DNA of 62,745 nucleotides, filler included, from Albugo candida (GCA_040437565.1; 29 parts of 29 records of this genome joined end to end with filler, not necessarily neighbours in it), one strand, 5' to 3'; numbered from the whole stretch's first letter, positions 24,241 to 37,547 are shown. A program made the numbers and translations. Notes: generated by a model not told the origin, from the letters alone.

Positions 24241-27200
24241 ACAGACGACGATTCCGATCGGAGTGCAGAGTCAGCGCTTGCAATGAAAGCCATAAATCTG
24301 ATATAATTCGCTGATGTTCCGTGCCGGCCGAATTGTTGACACAAGTGCACATGCTATATACGTCCAACGTGGACGCGAGGAGGAAATCTGATNNNNNNNN
24401 NNNNNNNNNNNNNNNNNNNNNNNNNNNNNNNNNNNNTTAATTAATTAANNNNNNNNNNNNNNNNNNNNNNNNNNNNNNNNNNNNNNNNNNNNTGTTTCGG
24501 TCGTTACGCGTTACGTGAGAGAGACCTTCGTACACTATTTAATCCTGTATCATAGGGCACATGCTCGCTTTGTATTGGATATCTTTCCGATAATTGGAGA
24601 CTTTAGCCTTTGCACACTGAACAAGTATTCCAGCTTTAAATGAGACAACATGCTTTATCACTTAACGGCTTGTGTCAGTGCTTGTATTACGTTTGCACCT
24701 GAGCAATTGAGAAACCGTGAAAAGTAAGGGTCTGAACATTGCTGGATGGTCATTAAAGTCGCGTTTTCAAATGTGAGCTTTACTACATACTTTTTGACTT
24801 TTTGAGACCTCATAGCTGTGCAGAATATCCACACACATGGCGTTTACCTGCCAGTAATTATATCTGGTTTGTGTCTATCAAGCGCTTGATCACAACGACC
24901 AAAGCGGATGCCTTGTGTAGAGTGGTGCTCCAAGCACCTTATCATAGATTTTACACGCATGGCTGAAACTTGGCTGGGAGAAGCCGTCTTGCTGCGATAT
25001 GGACGCTGTATTTGAACGCTGGCTGGATACTGCTATCCGGAGGAGCTGTATTGCTGCTGTACACATCAAAATGCTCATAAATACCTTTTATTTGCTCATT
25101 CGAGATCAGTGTGAAAACTCGAAGACCTTTAATAGTCGCATTGGACCTCAGTCTGTTTATATCACGAACTGCTGTACTGATCAGAGTGTGAGAATGCAGA
25201 TACCATGTAAATTCCAGTGCCAGGATTGTATCGACGTCTACTACCCGTTCTCACGCATGAAACAGCCTCGCTGGAAAATCTCAATTCGTTCATGCTGACT
25301 GGATTCCTCCGCGTCAAAGAAAATAGATCAGAGCCTCAGATGACGCAAATCGATTGCTTTCCGGTGGAAGCGCCCAGGTCAGGAAGGACGCAACGCGATG
25401 GATCTGACTACGGAAATGGCAAGCTGAAAGACCTGTCTTCGATTCTAAGTAACTTGATTGACGTTTCGTGGACCGCTCACCGTGGCGGAATGCATGCAAA
25501 GAGTGAGTCATAAGCTGATCTTATAATTTGCTCGTACAATTTGCACTGACACTAAAATAGGCATCAGCGCATCCTACACACGGATATTATATCGAGAAAG
25601 ATGTACTCGGCGTAGACAGCAACTTTACCGCCGCTCCAGTACCAGTCAAATATATCGAGGCGCGCTATGTTTTGCTCTAAATCATTTCCATGTTTTCATA
25701 ATGCGTTGCAAGTTCGTCTGGTAAGAACCGATGAATATTCGCATACGCTATGTCTGATGTGCTTCGTTGACACTATAAAGGTTGGAAGTAAAGCTGCTGG
25801 CAGGTGTTGTTGAGATCAAATCTTCTCTATATCGCTCACAAATCTGACTCATGTTTCTAAACTACCTTTCCTTGCGATTGTGCAGGTAAATGCCTGCTCT
25901 TCAATTCGAGCATAAAAGAACGGTACGTAATTTGATTTGGATGATTTGGAGGGTTGATCTATTCACATCCAAATTCTATCCAGTCGCTGGTGTGAGCAAA
26001 TTGACTGACTCCCATGATGATCATGTGAACGAGTTCTATCGATTCTCATCATCGCCAAGTCCAACAGCGGTAATCAGAATCTTCATCGGCCCGGCAAAAT
26101 CTTCGAAATTTGAATTAATCGGCTGCATTTGAGAATAGAAGCTTGCAATCGCTGAAACAAGCTCAAATCGGCGATCAGCCCAACATATCACCTGCCAGCA
26201 TAACAATCATGAAAAAAGAAGACAATGTCAGCGAATTGCGGCGCTACTTTGATCGTCGATTATGGATATAATGATGTGTCTTCGTTCAATCATTGTAAAT
26301 TCATGCTGGCTCTCTTTTATTTGTCAATATTTAAAAGACCTTACCGCGAGTCATCGTCGATGAAGCTCCCGCATTCAAGGCTTTTTGTCGAGCAAAATTC
26401 GTCCTTGTTGCATTGGCTCCACCGACGCGAACCACGTTGGACGACATTCAATTTCGACTTGCGCTGTGTCGTGCTGTTCGTGTCGGTGTCGTTGGGCGAA
26501 GTCATGCGCTTTTGGGTTTTTGCTGGCGCTGGCGTCTCCGCATGCTCAGCGGTTGGTGTGAGTCAATACAAGAAACANNNNNNNNNNNNNNNNNNNNNNN
26601 NNNNNNNNNNNNNNNNNNNNNTTAATTAATTAANNNNNNNNNNNNNNNNNNNNNNNNNNNNNNNNNNNNNNNNNNNNTCCGGTGTATGACCCTCATTTTT
26701 AAGCAGTAACTACATATTCTATTTAATTACCCCTTGTTCAATACAGTATATATTTGAAATGCGTACATCAGAAGCAGAAATGAAGCCGAGATTAATACAA
26801 GATGCAACAAAATAGAATTTACCATAGATTAAAAAGAAGCGCTCGTATTAATGCTGAACTAGCTCAAAGCATTGAACAACAAAACTTACATGGGAATTAC
26901 CTGACTTATTTACCTCAATGAAGACAAAATGAAGCTGCAATGTGTGAAAAAAATAGTACAGAGAGAATGAGAAAACGCTTGTGTCTTTTTAGAAACTGAA
27001 ACTAATAGATTTAATAAAGAGACTGAATAAAGACGGAAGCAAGTTTGTCATCTGAAAGACTAATCTGTATTAGTAGTTCATGAACCTCATCATCAGTATT
27101 AAATCGTTTGACAACAAGAGAGATCTCGGTAGTTTATTGCCTATAATTGAAGAAATGTTAGCACAGTAATCGTAGAACGATACCACATCGTAAAAGCAAG

Positions 27201-28848
27201 AGCTATTTTACATAATTTCAAGATGATGTTAAACCAAGTAAAATTATGACTATTTTAGTAATTAAAGACAAATTATATTATGGATTATGGTGTATTTGGC
27301 GATAGATGTGCTATACATTTGATTGTTCATATAGACAGGTATTGTTGTTGTTATTTTGTAGATAGAGATTATAGAATTCCAAGTATAGAGATGGGTAGAG
27401 CATCTGTTTGTATCGAATTTATTTAATGCTTCTGTTCGGATTAAGATGTAAATTACTGGTTAATGCAACTATCATAAATAATATTTTACTAATGTAATCA
27501 TTTAACTAGAATCTCAAACATGCAGTAATTACAACAAAAGCTGGTTTCAGAAAAATAGTAATATAGGTAAAGTGCTTCTAAATCAGGGTTATGCCTTCAA
27601 GAAGACTGATTACTTTTTCTTTTTTTGAAAAGAACCCTACTTTCTGGGTAATCTGCAAAAAGTCAAAATATCAATTTGGTACAGAGTTGTTATAGATATG
27701 TTGTAAAGGGCTACTTATTATCGAATTTAATATGGTCTATCAGTAGGAGTCTAAAAAGGCATAAAATAAAATATGGAAGAAAGTTGAAAATAGTATAAAT
27801 AGACCATGCTCTCACTCTTTTTTTTTTTACTTTATCAATTTAAATATGCTAAACAACAACAACAAAGACAACAGTACTCTCGACAGTTATTTATTTAGTA
27901 ACACTGTCTCCCAGCAATATTCTGTACTTTCTGTGTTTGGTAATCAATTAAACCTAGGATCTTCGTCAGCAAATATTATGCATCGTTTTGGCCATATCAA
28001 CAAAAACGCCGATCCTTTTTAATCCTCAACAAAATTGGGTTTCTTATCTTGTGAATGTATCATTGCCTAAAATAACAAGTCTTTGAGTGAAGCTCTTGTT
28101 GTCAAAAGGGTTGAATTACTTAAGCTTGGTTTAATTGTTACTAAGCGTAGTAAACAATTGTTATGGTGGTAGCGCTCCTATGTAGTTGGGTGTTTGTTTA
28201 TGGCTATCCTTTTGATATGAAACAGACTGGATTTATTGCAAGGTTACTAGAGTTTTGAGCGATAATGAATGTTATGATAAGTCCTACAAAACCAAGCAGC
28301 CAAGAACCGGCAACATCGTTGATCATATAGTCACCAAGCATTTTATTACTGAAGAAAAAGAGGTAGTTAGAACAATAGTTTCTTTTTTCCGTAAAACGCT
28401 GCAATGTATCAAGAGCAATAGTTCTGAAAACATGGAAACTATGATGGACTACGTTGAAAGTGCAACTAACAAGACGTTCATCAAAAGTCAACATTCACTG
28501 GATTGTTTGTGCAGAGTATGTTATTAAAATAAGTGATCAAGTTCTTTTAGGCCATGGATTACGAACAGAAGCACCTTCTGGAAATAGCAACTTTCATGCA
28601 ATGAATGATGAAAACGATGGCGAGACAGAATACATCTCTATTAGTGATTTCATAAAGAAATGGGAAGAGGCATTGTAAAAACCAAGTGAGTTAAAAAATA
28701 TGTAAAGCAATAAGAATACTGTGCACTAATTCTTTTTTGTTAGTGCATNNNNNNNNNNNNNNNNNNNNNNNNNNNNNNNNNNNNNNNNNNNNTTAATTAA
28801 TTAANNNNNNNNNNNNNNNNNNNNNNNNNNNNNNNNNNNNNNNNNNNN

Positions 28849-30559
28849 ACCTGTCTATTGCAAGAAGTCGGTGCCACACGATTGGTGTTGACGCATATTC
28901 GTAAAGAATGTCAAGGGCGAAGATGTATAGCATTTCATATGTTTTCGGTCGCTGCATCCGAATTTTTTTATGCTAATGTTGTGAGTTTCTGCGCTCGACC
29001 CAAGAAATGCGGCATAATGTCGATAATCGAAGGTACTGCTCCGGAGTTAAAACCATCTGTTTTTGCGGACAAATTGCAAGCGCAGTATATGTGTTTGCTA
29101 AAAACGAAGAAAGCTCAAAGGGTTACGTGCCGCAACTGTCTCAAGCAATCGAGTCATTCTGACTTGGTTGGGGACTTCATCATGAACCATCCTATTTATC
29201 ACCTGGCTTTGCATATGTATGTGCTTTATACAACAGAACGTGATGATACTATCGTGAACGGCTGCATGTCGAAAACATTCTGCAGTGGCTTTACTGGTGT
29301 CCTCGAAGCCGAAACTTGTTCACTATTTGTAGAAAGCCTACCAGTAAAAGACCGTGAACTTCTTCCTAAATCAAATTCATTGAAACAACCAACCAAGCAT
29401 ATTTATGAGAAAAGTATAAGCCGTGCCGACGAATATTTGAAGCTTATGAAATCGCTTTTGCAGAAGGGAATGGACAGACATTGTCTTAGAACAGGAAAGG
29501 TATCGAATACCACCGCAACTTGTTCAGCCTGTATAGCAAAACAGCTAAATGCGCAAATATTCAACATGGGAGAACAGTTTGAGAACAACAATCACGAATC
29601 GACAGCGATGGAAAAACCATGGCTACGATACGTCTATTACATATACACAGACACTGGTATAAACTGGAATCAATTGCATTCGTTTTGTATTCAATCTTGT
29701 GGTGTAATCAAAAGTGAAGAGGATGAAAGGAATTGTTTAACTCCTCTTAACAGCCACTTTGACAGTTCCACGCGTGACCTACCAATCAGAACGCAATCAA
29801 TGTCTGCTTCATCGTCTGTAAAACCTACGTTTTGCATTTGGATTAAAATGATAATGACGGAGACGGAGAACCAAAAGCCCGAAATCTGCTCCACAACTTC
29901 AACAAATTCCAAAACTATTATGGAGCTATCAGAAGCAACATATTTGCTGTGGACGAGTGATTTGACCGTCTTGACATGCATTGGTGAGTCTACTAAACGA
30001 CTCGCTTTCACTCGTGAAGTACCGATTGCAATATGTGAGTATGGTGGGAGTGGAAAAACCCCAGGAAACGAAAAGACTTCAAGCTTCTGTTTTTGATCTT
30101 AATAAGAAACCACGCAGCGAACTAATTCTCGCTATTCCTTCTCGTGTAAGGAAACAGCACAATGACGATGATGACCAAACGGTTCATATCCAATACGACC
30201 CGAGTTTTCACAACGTTATCAAAGTGATCCATCTGAAAAACACTGCTAAGGATATGATACTTACCTGCATCATATGCCTTTGCCAGTATGAAGAAGTATT
30301 GCTGGTCTCAGTTACTCAGAGCTATCTATGGCTCACAACGAAGGCAGAAGGCACTATAAGCGGGTTGTCCGAGTGCAAGAACAAATGTTCCATTGATACA
30401 AGCTTTCCTCAACACGTGCATTATCTTGATGATTTTCAATCTTTACAGCCACTTCTGTTGACGAAGTGGTCTCAATGTATGGAGAGAAAGGAAAAGATTA
30501 CTCAAAGCTTTGGCGGAAATCATCTGATGGTGTCTCTATTGAAATGCTCGATCGGATAA
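28849..30559 (+). CDS. Cysteine-rich hypothetical protein with recurring CxxC(L/I) modules; partial, apparently frameshifted near 30000-30090
   Basis: Overlapping 412-aa and 192-aa ORFs containing CRNCL, CSACI and CIICL, each followed by further spaced Cys. Confidence 0.5.
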
Positions 30560-33180
30560 CCGAAGTTGAGTGAAGATCACAGCAACGAGGATATTGATCT
30601 ACTGGAGTACCGTAACAGCTCTACGAAATTGATAATACACGTAGTCATACCCTTAGCATTTCACTGCAGCGTGGGAAGCGTTGTAAGAAAAACCCTTGCG
30701 TTCGTCTTCATTCACCACTCAAGTTGATAGATCTTGATAGCTCTACAAGGATTGAGGTTGCTTTATTCGATGCATTTACTGGGTGTTATACAGCACAAAG
30801 TCGATCGTTTAGAGGCTGAAAGAGCAAGTGAATAAATATTGTATCATAATAGTGCTACCCTTTGCAATGGAGAGACTAACGCCGAAAAGGCTTCAGAGAC
30901 CAAACAATTCTCATTGTCNNNNNNNNNNNNNNNNNNNNNNNNNNNNNNNNNNNNNNNNNNNNTTAATTAATTAANNNNNNNNNNNNNNNNNNNNNNNNNN
31001 NNNNNNNNNNNNNNNNNNACTTACGTATGCAGCTTTAGGTGTACTTAGGTACTTGGGTTCCGATCATCTAAATATGGAACGTCGCACGACCTACTCTTCC
31101 ATCCCGTGGGAAAGCAAACTTGGCAGCAATAACGAATTCATTTTCCAATACTTTCTCAACTGCTCACACTAAATCAAACAATTGCATAGAATGGTTCGAG
31201 TGACGTCTCAAAGATTGACAATGGTCGCGTCCATTTTTGCTCTACTTGACGGGCAGCACCCGGTGCTGGGGAAGCAATCACAGTCGGGTCATGAAGGACA
31301 TCCCATAGACCTGAATGAACCACCCTCGACCTCGACTTTCTCAGAAATGGGTAAAGTAGCTACTCTCCATCAGTCGTAGCTCAATGTATATTATCTTTCT
31401 CTATTGCGATCTCATCCCCTGCATGCATTAGAACAAATGTTTAAAGTGCATTTGGAACAGCATGAGGATGATTTACGCACAATCCAAGGATATCAAGGAG
31501 TGGGAAATGCCAACCATGGATCTGTTTCCTCAAATGAACTGTTGGCTCGTTGCGAAAAGATTATTCACGATCACCCAAAAGTCATGGAAATGTCAAAAGC
31601 GCTTCAACCGCCCCAACGTATAGGAAGCAGTAGCAAACCACCCCTTCCACCCAAAAAGAAGCAGTAGCACGCTGCCCGGTCCATCAACATTGAATCCGAA
31701 GTTGTCGGATTCGATAAACCTAACAAACAAATGGTAAGCACCCTAAAGTATATCCATTTTTATTGGCCACCGACTCGTTCTCATTGCGTTAGTCATTATT
31801 AACTTAATGCTAAGTCTGCTCTACCTATAGCCACCGATCTTGGGTCTGGCAACACTCCCTCCGCAATCCATTGTTCTCCATCATTCATGTAACCTTATTT
31901 CCTCTTCTACTCAACGCCAAACCTTTCTTTTGGCATATTTTTTTGGCATGATTAATGAAATCTTTTTCAATGATTCTTATTCCTTTTTTAACTGCGCCTT
32001 CCATTTCAAAGTGCACGTATACTTGCTCTGGCTCCGCTTTTGCTGTGAGATATATCTATTGCATTATATTCCAGTTGCTAGTGATTGACACTTCTTCAAA
32101 TATCTCAACGGGAAATTTGTCAAGGGGGTGTTGACATAAGGTCTGCTCATTATCTTCTCCTTGGCGGTGGACAGAAGTTTGAGCCAATTCTACCGTAGCC
32201 TCGGACCAATTAAGATTACTGGAATTGTTCGATATCTTGGTGTTTACTTTAGTGGGTACTTTAGGCGCTAAATCTGTTCCGATCGTATCGCGGATTGCTT
32301 CTATCTCAGACTGTTCGCTTCCAAACATTCAGCACCGGTAAATGCTGATTAACAAGTACGGATATAGAAAACACCCGACAGTATTAGTAGCGTTTGTCTA
32401 TTCTCAAACGATCAGAAAGATGCAAAGTGCATAGATACTAAAGCTTCCATTCTCAAATTTTACTAAATGGATCATGGCTTCATATTATGAGGCATTGTGG
32501 GCGTGACGAATTTATCCGAATGCCAGCAATGCAGGGAAGGTTATACAATCAGGTTTTACGCATACAAGAGCTTGATATTGACATCGGTCTCTCTATTATC
32601 TATGTCGATCGGCGAAATCAGGGTATAAAGTAGACGGTGTAAAAGAAATGCGCAGGAAGCACCTTTTGTACGCGATACTGAGCGTTTTCTTAGATTCTGC
32701 AAGTGTGTGTGTAATATCGTAATGCAGCAAGAACGCCGTCCAGCATCACGCGCCTTGCTGCTTTGAATTGTGTATGTCATTGAGAAATATGCAGGACGAA
32801 ACAATAATTCGATGTGTATAATGATCATAATTTAGCCGGAGCCATGTTCTGGTCCTTCGTGTACGCCTCAAAGCAAATCTAGAATAGCGTGCACTGAATC
32901 AAGAGCCGAGCACCCAATAGGGTATTATAGCGCAGCATTTTTTAGCTCTCTGCTTTCAGAGGGAGCTACAGATAATTGCTAATTTCTCATTTTTTCATCG
33001 TCCATTTCTCAAAATGTCATCAATCTAGCGTGCAATTCTCAGTCGCAAAGTCACCAGGGCTTCTTTGTACATGTTTCAGTNNNNNNNNNNNNNNNNNNNN
33101 NNNNNNNNNNNNNNNNNNNNNNNNTTAATTAATTAANNNNNNNNNNNNNNNNNNNNNNNNNNNNNNNNNNNNNNNNNNNN

Positions 33181-35158
33181 CAATGAAAATGTAAACAAAC
33201 ACACCGATATAATCATGCAAAAGAGTATTCATCATACGTTGAAAAGTTGAAGGAGCTGACGTCAAACCGAAAGGCATTACATTAAACAGGTAGGTCCCAA
33301 ACTTACACACAAAACCAGTCTTCTCGATAGAGTTTTCGTCCATTTCAACTTGCCAGTAACCAGTAGCAGCATCCAATGTAGTATAAACGGTTGCACCAGC
33401 TAGTGAATCTAATACTTCGTCAATGTGGGGAATGGGATAGCCATCTTTAATAGTTTTTGCATTCAAGGCAGCATAATTCACCACTAGACGTAACTTTTTT
33501 GAATCCTTCTTAGGTACAAAGAAAATTGGGGCAGTCCATTCACCAGAGCTTGGTTTAATAATATTCAGATCTAATAAATTCTTTATTTCTTCTTTCAAAC
33601 TATCTTCTTCATCATATGATAACTTATAAGGCCTTGACCGAATAGGAATTTCATCTGTAGTTCTTATCACATGTTTTACATCTGTTACTCTACCTACACC
33701 ATTATTCTCAACAAAACACGAACTATACTCTTCAATTAATTGAGCCAAAAAATGAGGAATTGTTTCATCATCACCAGTAACTTGTCTAGCTTCATTTTCA
33801 TTAATAAAAGACGCATGTGAAATAGTATCTTCTTGGTATGTATTTAATTCTACATTATTTATATTCTTCTTTTCTTCATTGTATAATACGTTTACTTGAT
33901 AAATTGACAAACCTTTTCTTTCATGATCTTCATCAGGCAAACATTCAACTTCTATGTAACTTTTACCATTATTAGTTGGTACCACAATCACTCTTCCATT
34001 CTTGATTACTTGAACATTGTGTTGTACTATCCATGGTCTACCAAGTAAACAAACTTCCACATTATCCTCTTCTTCATCTACACAGAAATGTTCTACTCTC
34101 TTCTTCCCTCCAATTCTTACATCTACATCAGTTGCTACGCTACAATATACAGTCTTCTTACTACCAAAACCACACAAGGGAATTTTCTTCTCATTACTAA
34201 TGTTCATATTCACCCTTCTCGCCAACCTTGCACTACACACAGATACTGCTGCACCGGTGTCGATAACGGCTTCAACTAATTGATTATTAATACTAATATG
34301 AACTCTTGATGGTTTAGCGTTCTTCATTCTATGATAGTTGTAAGGATATTCACTAACAATTGATTCCACTTCATCATCAGAAAATTCATCTTCATCTAAT
34401 CCACTAATATCCTCATCCTCTTCGTCATCATAATCATCTGAATTATCACTTGTATACTCTTCGCTATTTTCTTCTTCAAATTGTCTCACAGACGTATTGC
34501 TAACATTCCTACTACTTCTTTCATATTCATCTTCATCCAATAATCCCGCATTTCTTAGGTTATTGATAATCATCGGTTCGTCATTATTATTTCCATTGAT
34601 TTTTTTATTTCTAGATTTTCGTCTGTGTATATATAATATACCTTCTTTAACATCTCTAGCTGCCTTTTTGCTTAAAGACATATATTCCGCAAAAGTGATT
34701 TCTACCTTTGTCTTTTTTAACTTATCCCAGGTGTTCTCTACTACCACCTCTGGTTTCTCTTTTACCCTTAATATTCTATGTTTCCTATTCCCCTTCTTTT
34801 TAATTTCTACCCCTTTACCATTATTATTCACAACAGGTTGAGATACGATACCCATCCCATTACTATTAAAATTATTACTAAAACTAAGTGGTTGTGGTTG
34901 TGGAATAAATTGATTTTGATAGTTTAAAACAGTAGTACTACTTTCAGGTTGATGATATAACACAGGCTGTTGTTGAATAGGTTGAAATATAGGTTGTTGC
35001 ACTGCAGTTTGTGGTAATACAACAGGTGGTGCTATTTGTGTATCTTTTCCTTTTTTATTTTTTGGTTGTTGATTAATTATAGTATCTGTACTTCCCGTTT
35101 GATTTCTTTTCACAGCATAAATGTCTACATCCTCTTTATTATCTCTTACCTGAATCAT
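33181..35158 (-). mobile_element. Ty3/Gypsy gag-pol fragment (aspartic protease + RT), uninterrupted, AT-rich
   Basis: Protease AVIDTGA and LLGRPW; RT motifs WTAPIFFV.KKD, LDAATGYWQ, MPFGLTSAP, cut off just before the DD motif. Confidence 0.93.
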
Positions 35159-35339
35159 TCCAACTATAGGTGATTTAGAAAGTGATGATTCTCCATTTTT
35201 TTGATTATTATTTGTATTATATCCTGTTTTTGTATTTANNNNNNNNNNNNNNNNNNNNNNNNNNNNNNNNNNNNNNNNNNNNTTAATTAATTAANNNNNN
35301 NNNNNNNNNNNNNNNNNNNNNNNNNNNNNNNNNNNNNNG

Positions 35340-37211
35340 CTTGCTAATGATCTATTACGCTGTGCTGGTTATAGTAATTTTACTGCAAATATCTGTCCCA
35401 TCCCTTCAACTAGTTTAAATGGGTTGAGGCTTAATGCGCAATCAATATATGATTTGTTTTGTGTAAAGAAGAGAAGAGGTGATGATAACCAAGAACAAAT
35501 TTGTATCTTTAATTTTGATCAAGAACGTATCTCCGATAGAACCATGGCGGTAAACTATAAAGATGCGGTCTTCAATAGCTTTTTTGATATATCTGCGATA
35601 GCAGATGCTTGCAAGAGAATGGAATTATCATTTGATCACAACATCACTATATTGCCTGGATGTACGCATGTCAGAATTTTGGGATTAAAAAACAAAGACA
35701 GTAGTACTCCTACATCAACTAATGATGTTCGCTCTAAAATAAGAAATAACAACATCCCCGAACATGCTATAAACGAACAAAAAAGAAAGAACAAGACGAC
35801 ACTTAACAATGAAATCGATGTTTTAAAGGCAGAAGAAAAAGAGTTGGATAAACAACTAAAATACAATTATATACAATTAAAAGAACAAGATTTTTCAGAC
35901 AAGATACGTAGACTAAAATCCAAATGGCATAAGACGAGAGAAAATGAAAATTTATCGGTGGATGAACAGAAGCTGAACGATGCTATATATCAAGAGATAG
36001 AAGATAAGAAGATGGAACGTAGTGAGATTTATAACAATATCGTCAGATGTAAAAAAGAACTTTCGACTACAAGATTTGAAGTGTATATTCGACAGAAAGC
36101 ATCATCACCTCAATCCAGGATTGTACCGGCGTCTTCTTCTCCACCTAATACGATTATAGATAAATCAAACAGCGGCTTATACAAAGTAGAAAATGTTCAG
36201 TTTTCTGATAGTGATAGAAAAAACTTATCTCGAAGGTTCACTTGTTCAGGAACAGACAATGGCATCGTCAATATGACAGAATCGATTTCATTTCCGGTGG
36301 ACAAATTTCGGTACCACCTTTTACTGCACAACAAATACTCTGTGTTGTCTGAGGAAGTAGCAGAAAAAAATCCTATACCGTCACAAGAGCCTGATATTCC
36401 CTTTGTGCCATTACCAAAAACCGTTACGATTAATGCAGCAGACATCGACTTTGGTGGCGGCCATTATAGAGCCAGAAAAAAAAGAGAAAAGAGGAAAAGG
36501 AGAAACAAAGAAGTGATTGATAGTGAAAAAGAATTATCTACCCAAAGCATCAAAAATTCTAATGATATTCTCTCTTTGCAAAACGGATACAAAACTCATA
36601 TTCAGCACAGGGATAAGCTAAGGGATTTTTATGATTCGAAGAAGCAAGCTAGGGAAAGAAGAAGATTAGAACTTATAGATAAGAAATTTCGGGAAGTTGT
36701 TTGTTCAAGAGAAAGAAAGAATTTAAAATCAAAAAAGAGAAAGCATTTGTTGATGTTTATCGGTGATAGAGGTCATGGCTATGGATCTAAAATAAAAGGT
36801 CATAGAATATATGGTGGGTTTTGGAAGCAGAAAATCCACAGCAAGTATACGACTGTATTGGTCACAAACGAAAATAAGACTTCCCAGACATGTGTTTTTT
36901 GCTTTTCATCTGTTTTCCATCCCAAGCAACAAATCAATTCTAAAGGAAAGAAGATACATAAAAACGTTAATGGTTCTTTCATGTGCGTCAATCCCAAATG
37001 TGTTTCTGTGATGGCAGGGAAAGCTATTCAATCTAGAGACTCTGTCTCTGCTGCAGCTATAGCAATTTCAGGATTAAGCAAAATGTTATTTCAAGAAACA
37101 CTGCCGTGCTTCTCTACTCGTACAACCAGTCAATACAACACTGGACTATATATTAAAACCGTTTCCTTGTGGACAGCAAGCGGAAAAAGGGCTGACAGCG
37201 GTGCTGTATAA
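35340..37211 (+). CDS. Fanzor1-like (TnpB-derived) RuvC nuclease, 5'-partial
   Basis: Frame open from the contig edge. RuvC-I GTDNG (D at 36255), basic bridge helix, RuvC-II strand FIGDRG, TNENKTSQTCVFC (E at 36870 plus first Zn pair), CVNPKC, RuvC-III SRDSVSAAAI (D at 37038). Confidence 0.88.
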   Translation, partial: LANDLLRCAGYSNFTANICPIPSTSLNGLRLNAQSIYDLFCVKKRRGDDNQEQICIFNFDQERISDRTMAVNYKDAVFNSFFDISAIADACKRMELSFDHNITILPGCTHVRILGLKNKDSSTPTSTNDVRSKIRNNNIPEHAINEQKRKNKTTLNNEIDVLKAEEKELDKQLKYNYIQLKEQDFSDKIRRLKSKWHKTRENENLSVDEQKLNDAIYQEIEDKKMERSEIYNNIVRCKKELSTTRFEVYIRQKASSPQSRIVPASSSPPNTIIDKSNSGLYKVENVQFSDSDRKNLSRRFTCSGTDNGIVNMTESISFPVDKFRYHLLLHNKYSVLSEEVAEKNPIPSQEPDIPFVPLPKTVTINAADIDFGGGHYRARKKREKRKRRNKEVIDSEKELSTQSIKNSNDILSLQNGYKTHIQHRDKLRDFYDSKKQARERRRLELIDKKFREVVCSRERKNLKSKKRKHLLMFIGDRGHGYGSKIKGHRIYGGFWKQKIHSKYTTVLVTNENKTSQTCVFCFSSVFHPKQQINSKGKKIHKNVNGSFMCVNPKCVSVMAGKAIQSRDSVSAAAIAISGLSKMLFQETLPCFSTRTTSQYNTGLYIKTVSLWTASGKRADSGAV

Positions 37212-37245
37212 TCGAGACGGTAATAGTACAAAGCAAAAATAATGA
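37126..37245 (+). ncRNA. Candidate Fanzor omegaRNA (scaffold plus putative guide; ends uncertain)
   Basis: Nested stems spanning the stop codon: CCAGT/ACTGG, and ACCGTTTC/GAGACGGT enclosing CTTGT/GCAAG and ACAGC/GCTGT. Confidence 0.45.
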
Positions 37246-37547
37246 AATGGCCCTTTATGTATTAACTTTTTTAAAAAATTATGTAGTTGGGACTGCTGTT
37301 TTCATTTCCTGAAATTTTGATCGCGAAAATCTTTCGCTCAAAGTAAAATAATCAAAAGACTTGCTTCTGGCATATGGTTCCTAAGCTAGATANNNNNNNN
37401 NNNNNNNNNNNNNNNNNNNNNNNNNNNNNNNNNNNNTTAATTAATTAANNNNNNNNNNNNNNNNNNNNNNNNNNNNNNNNNNNNNNNNNNNNATTTTCAA
37501 AAAGTAGTTTCGTCGTACACCCTCTTCTTCACGTGTTTTTAAAAAAT

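Noticed and set aside
22304-28748. Many short ORFs in these contigs, and similarly at 31019-33080, 44700-45924 and 57000-58572
   Set aside because: No recognisable motifs. Some may be exons or decayed genes, but no call can be supported.
33181-37392. Gypsy element as the carrier of the Fanzor
   Set aside because: The adjacency is produced by size-sorted concatenation.
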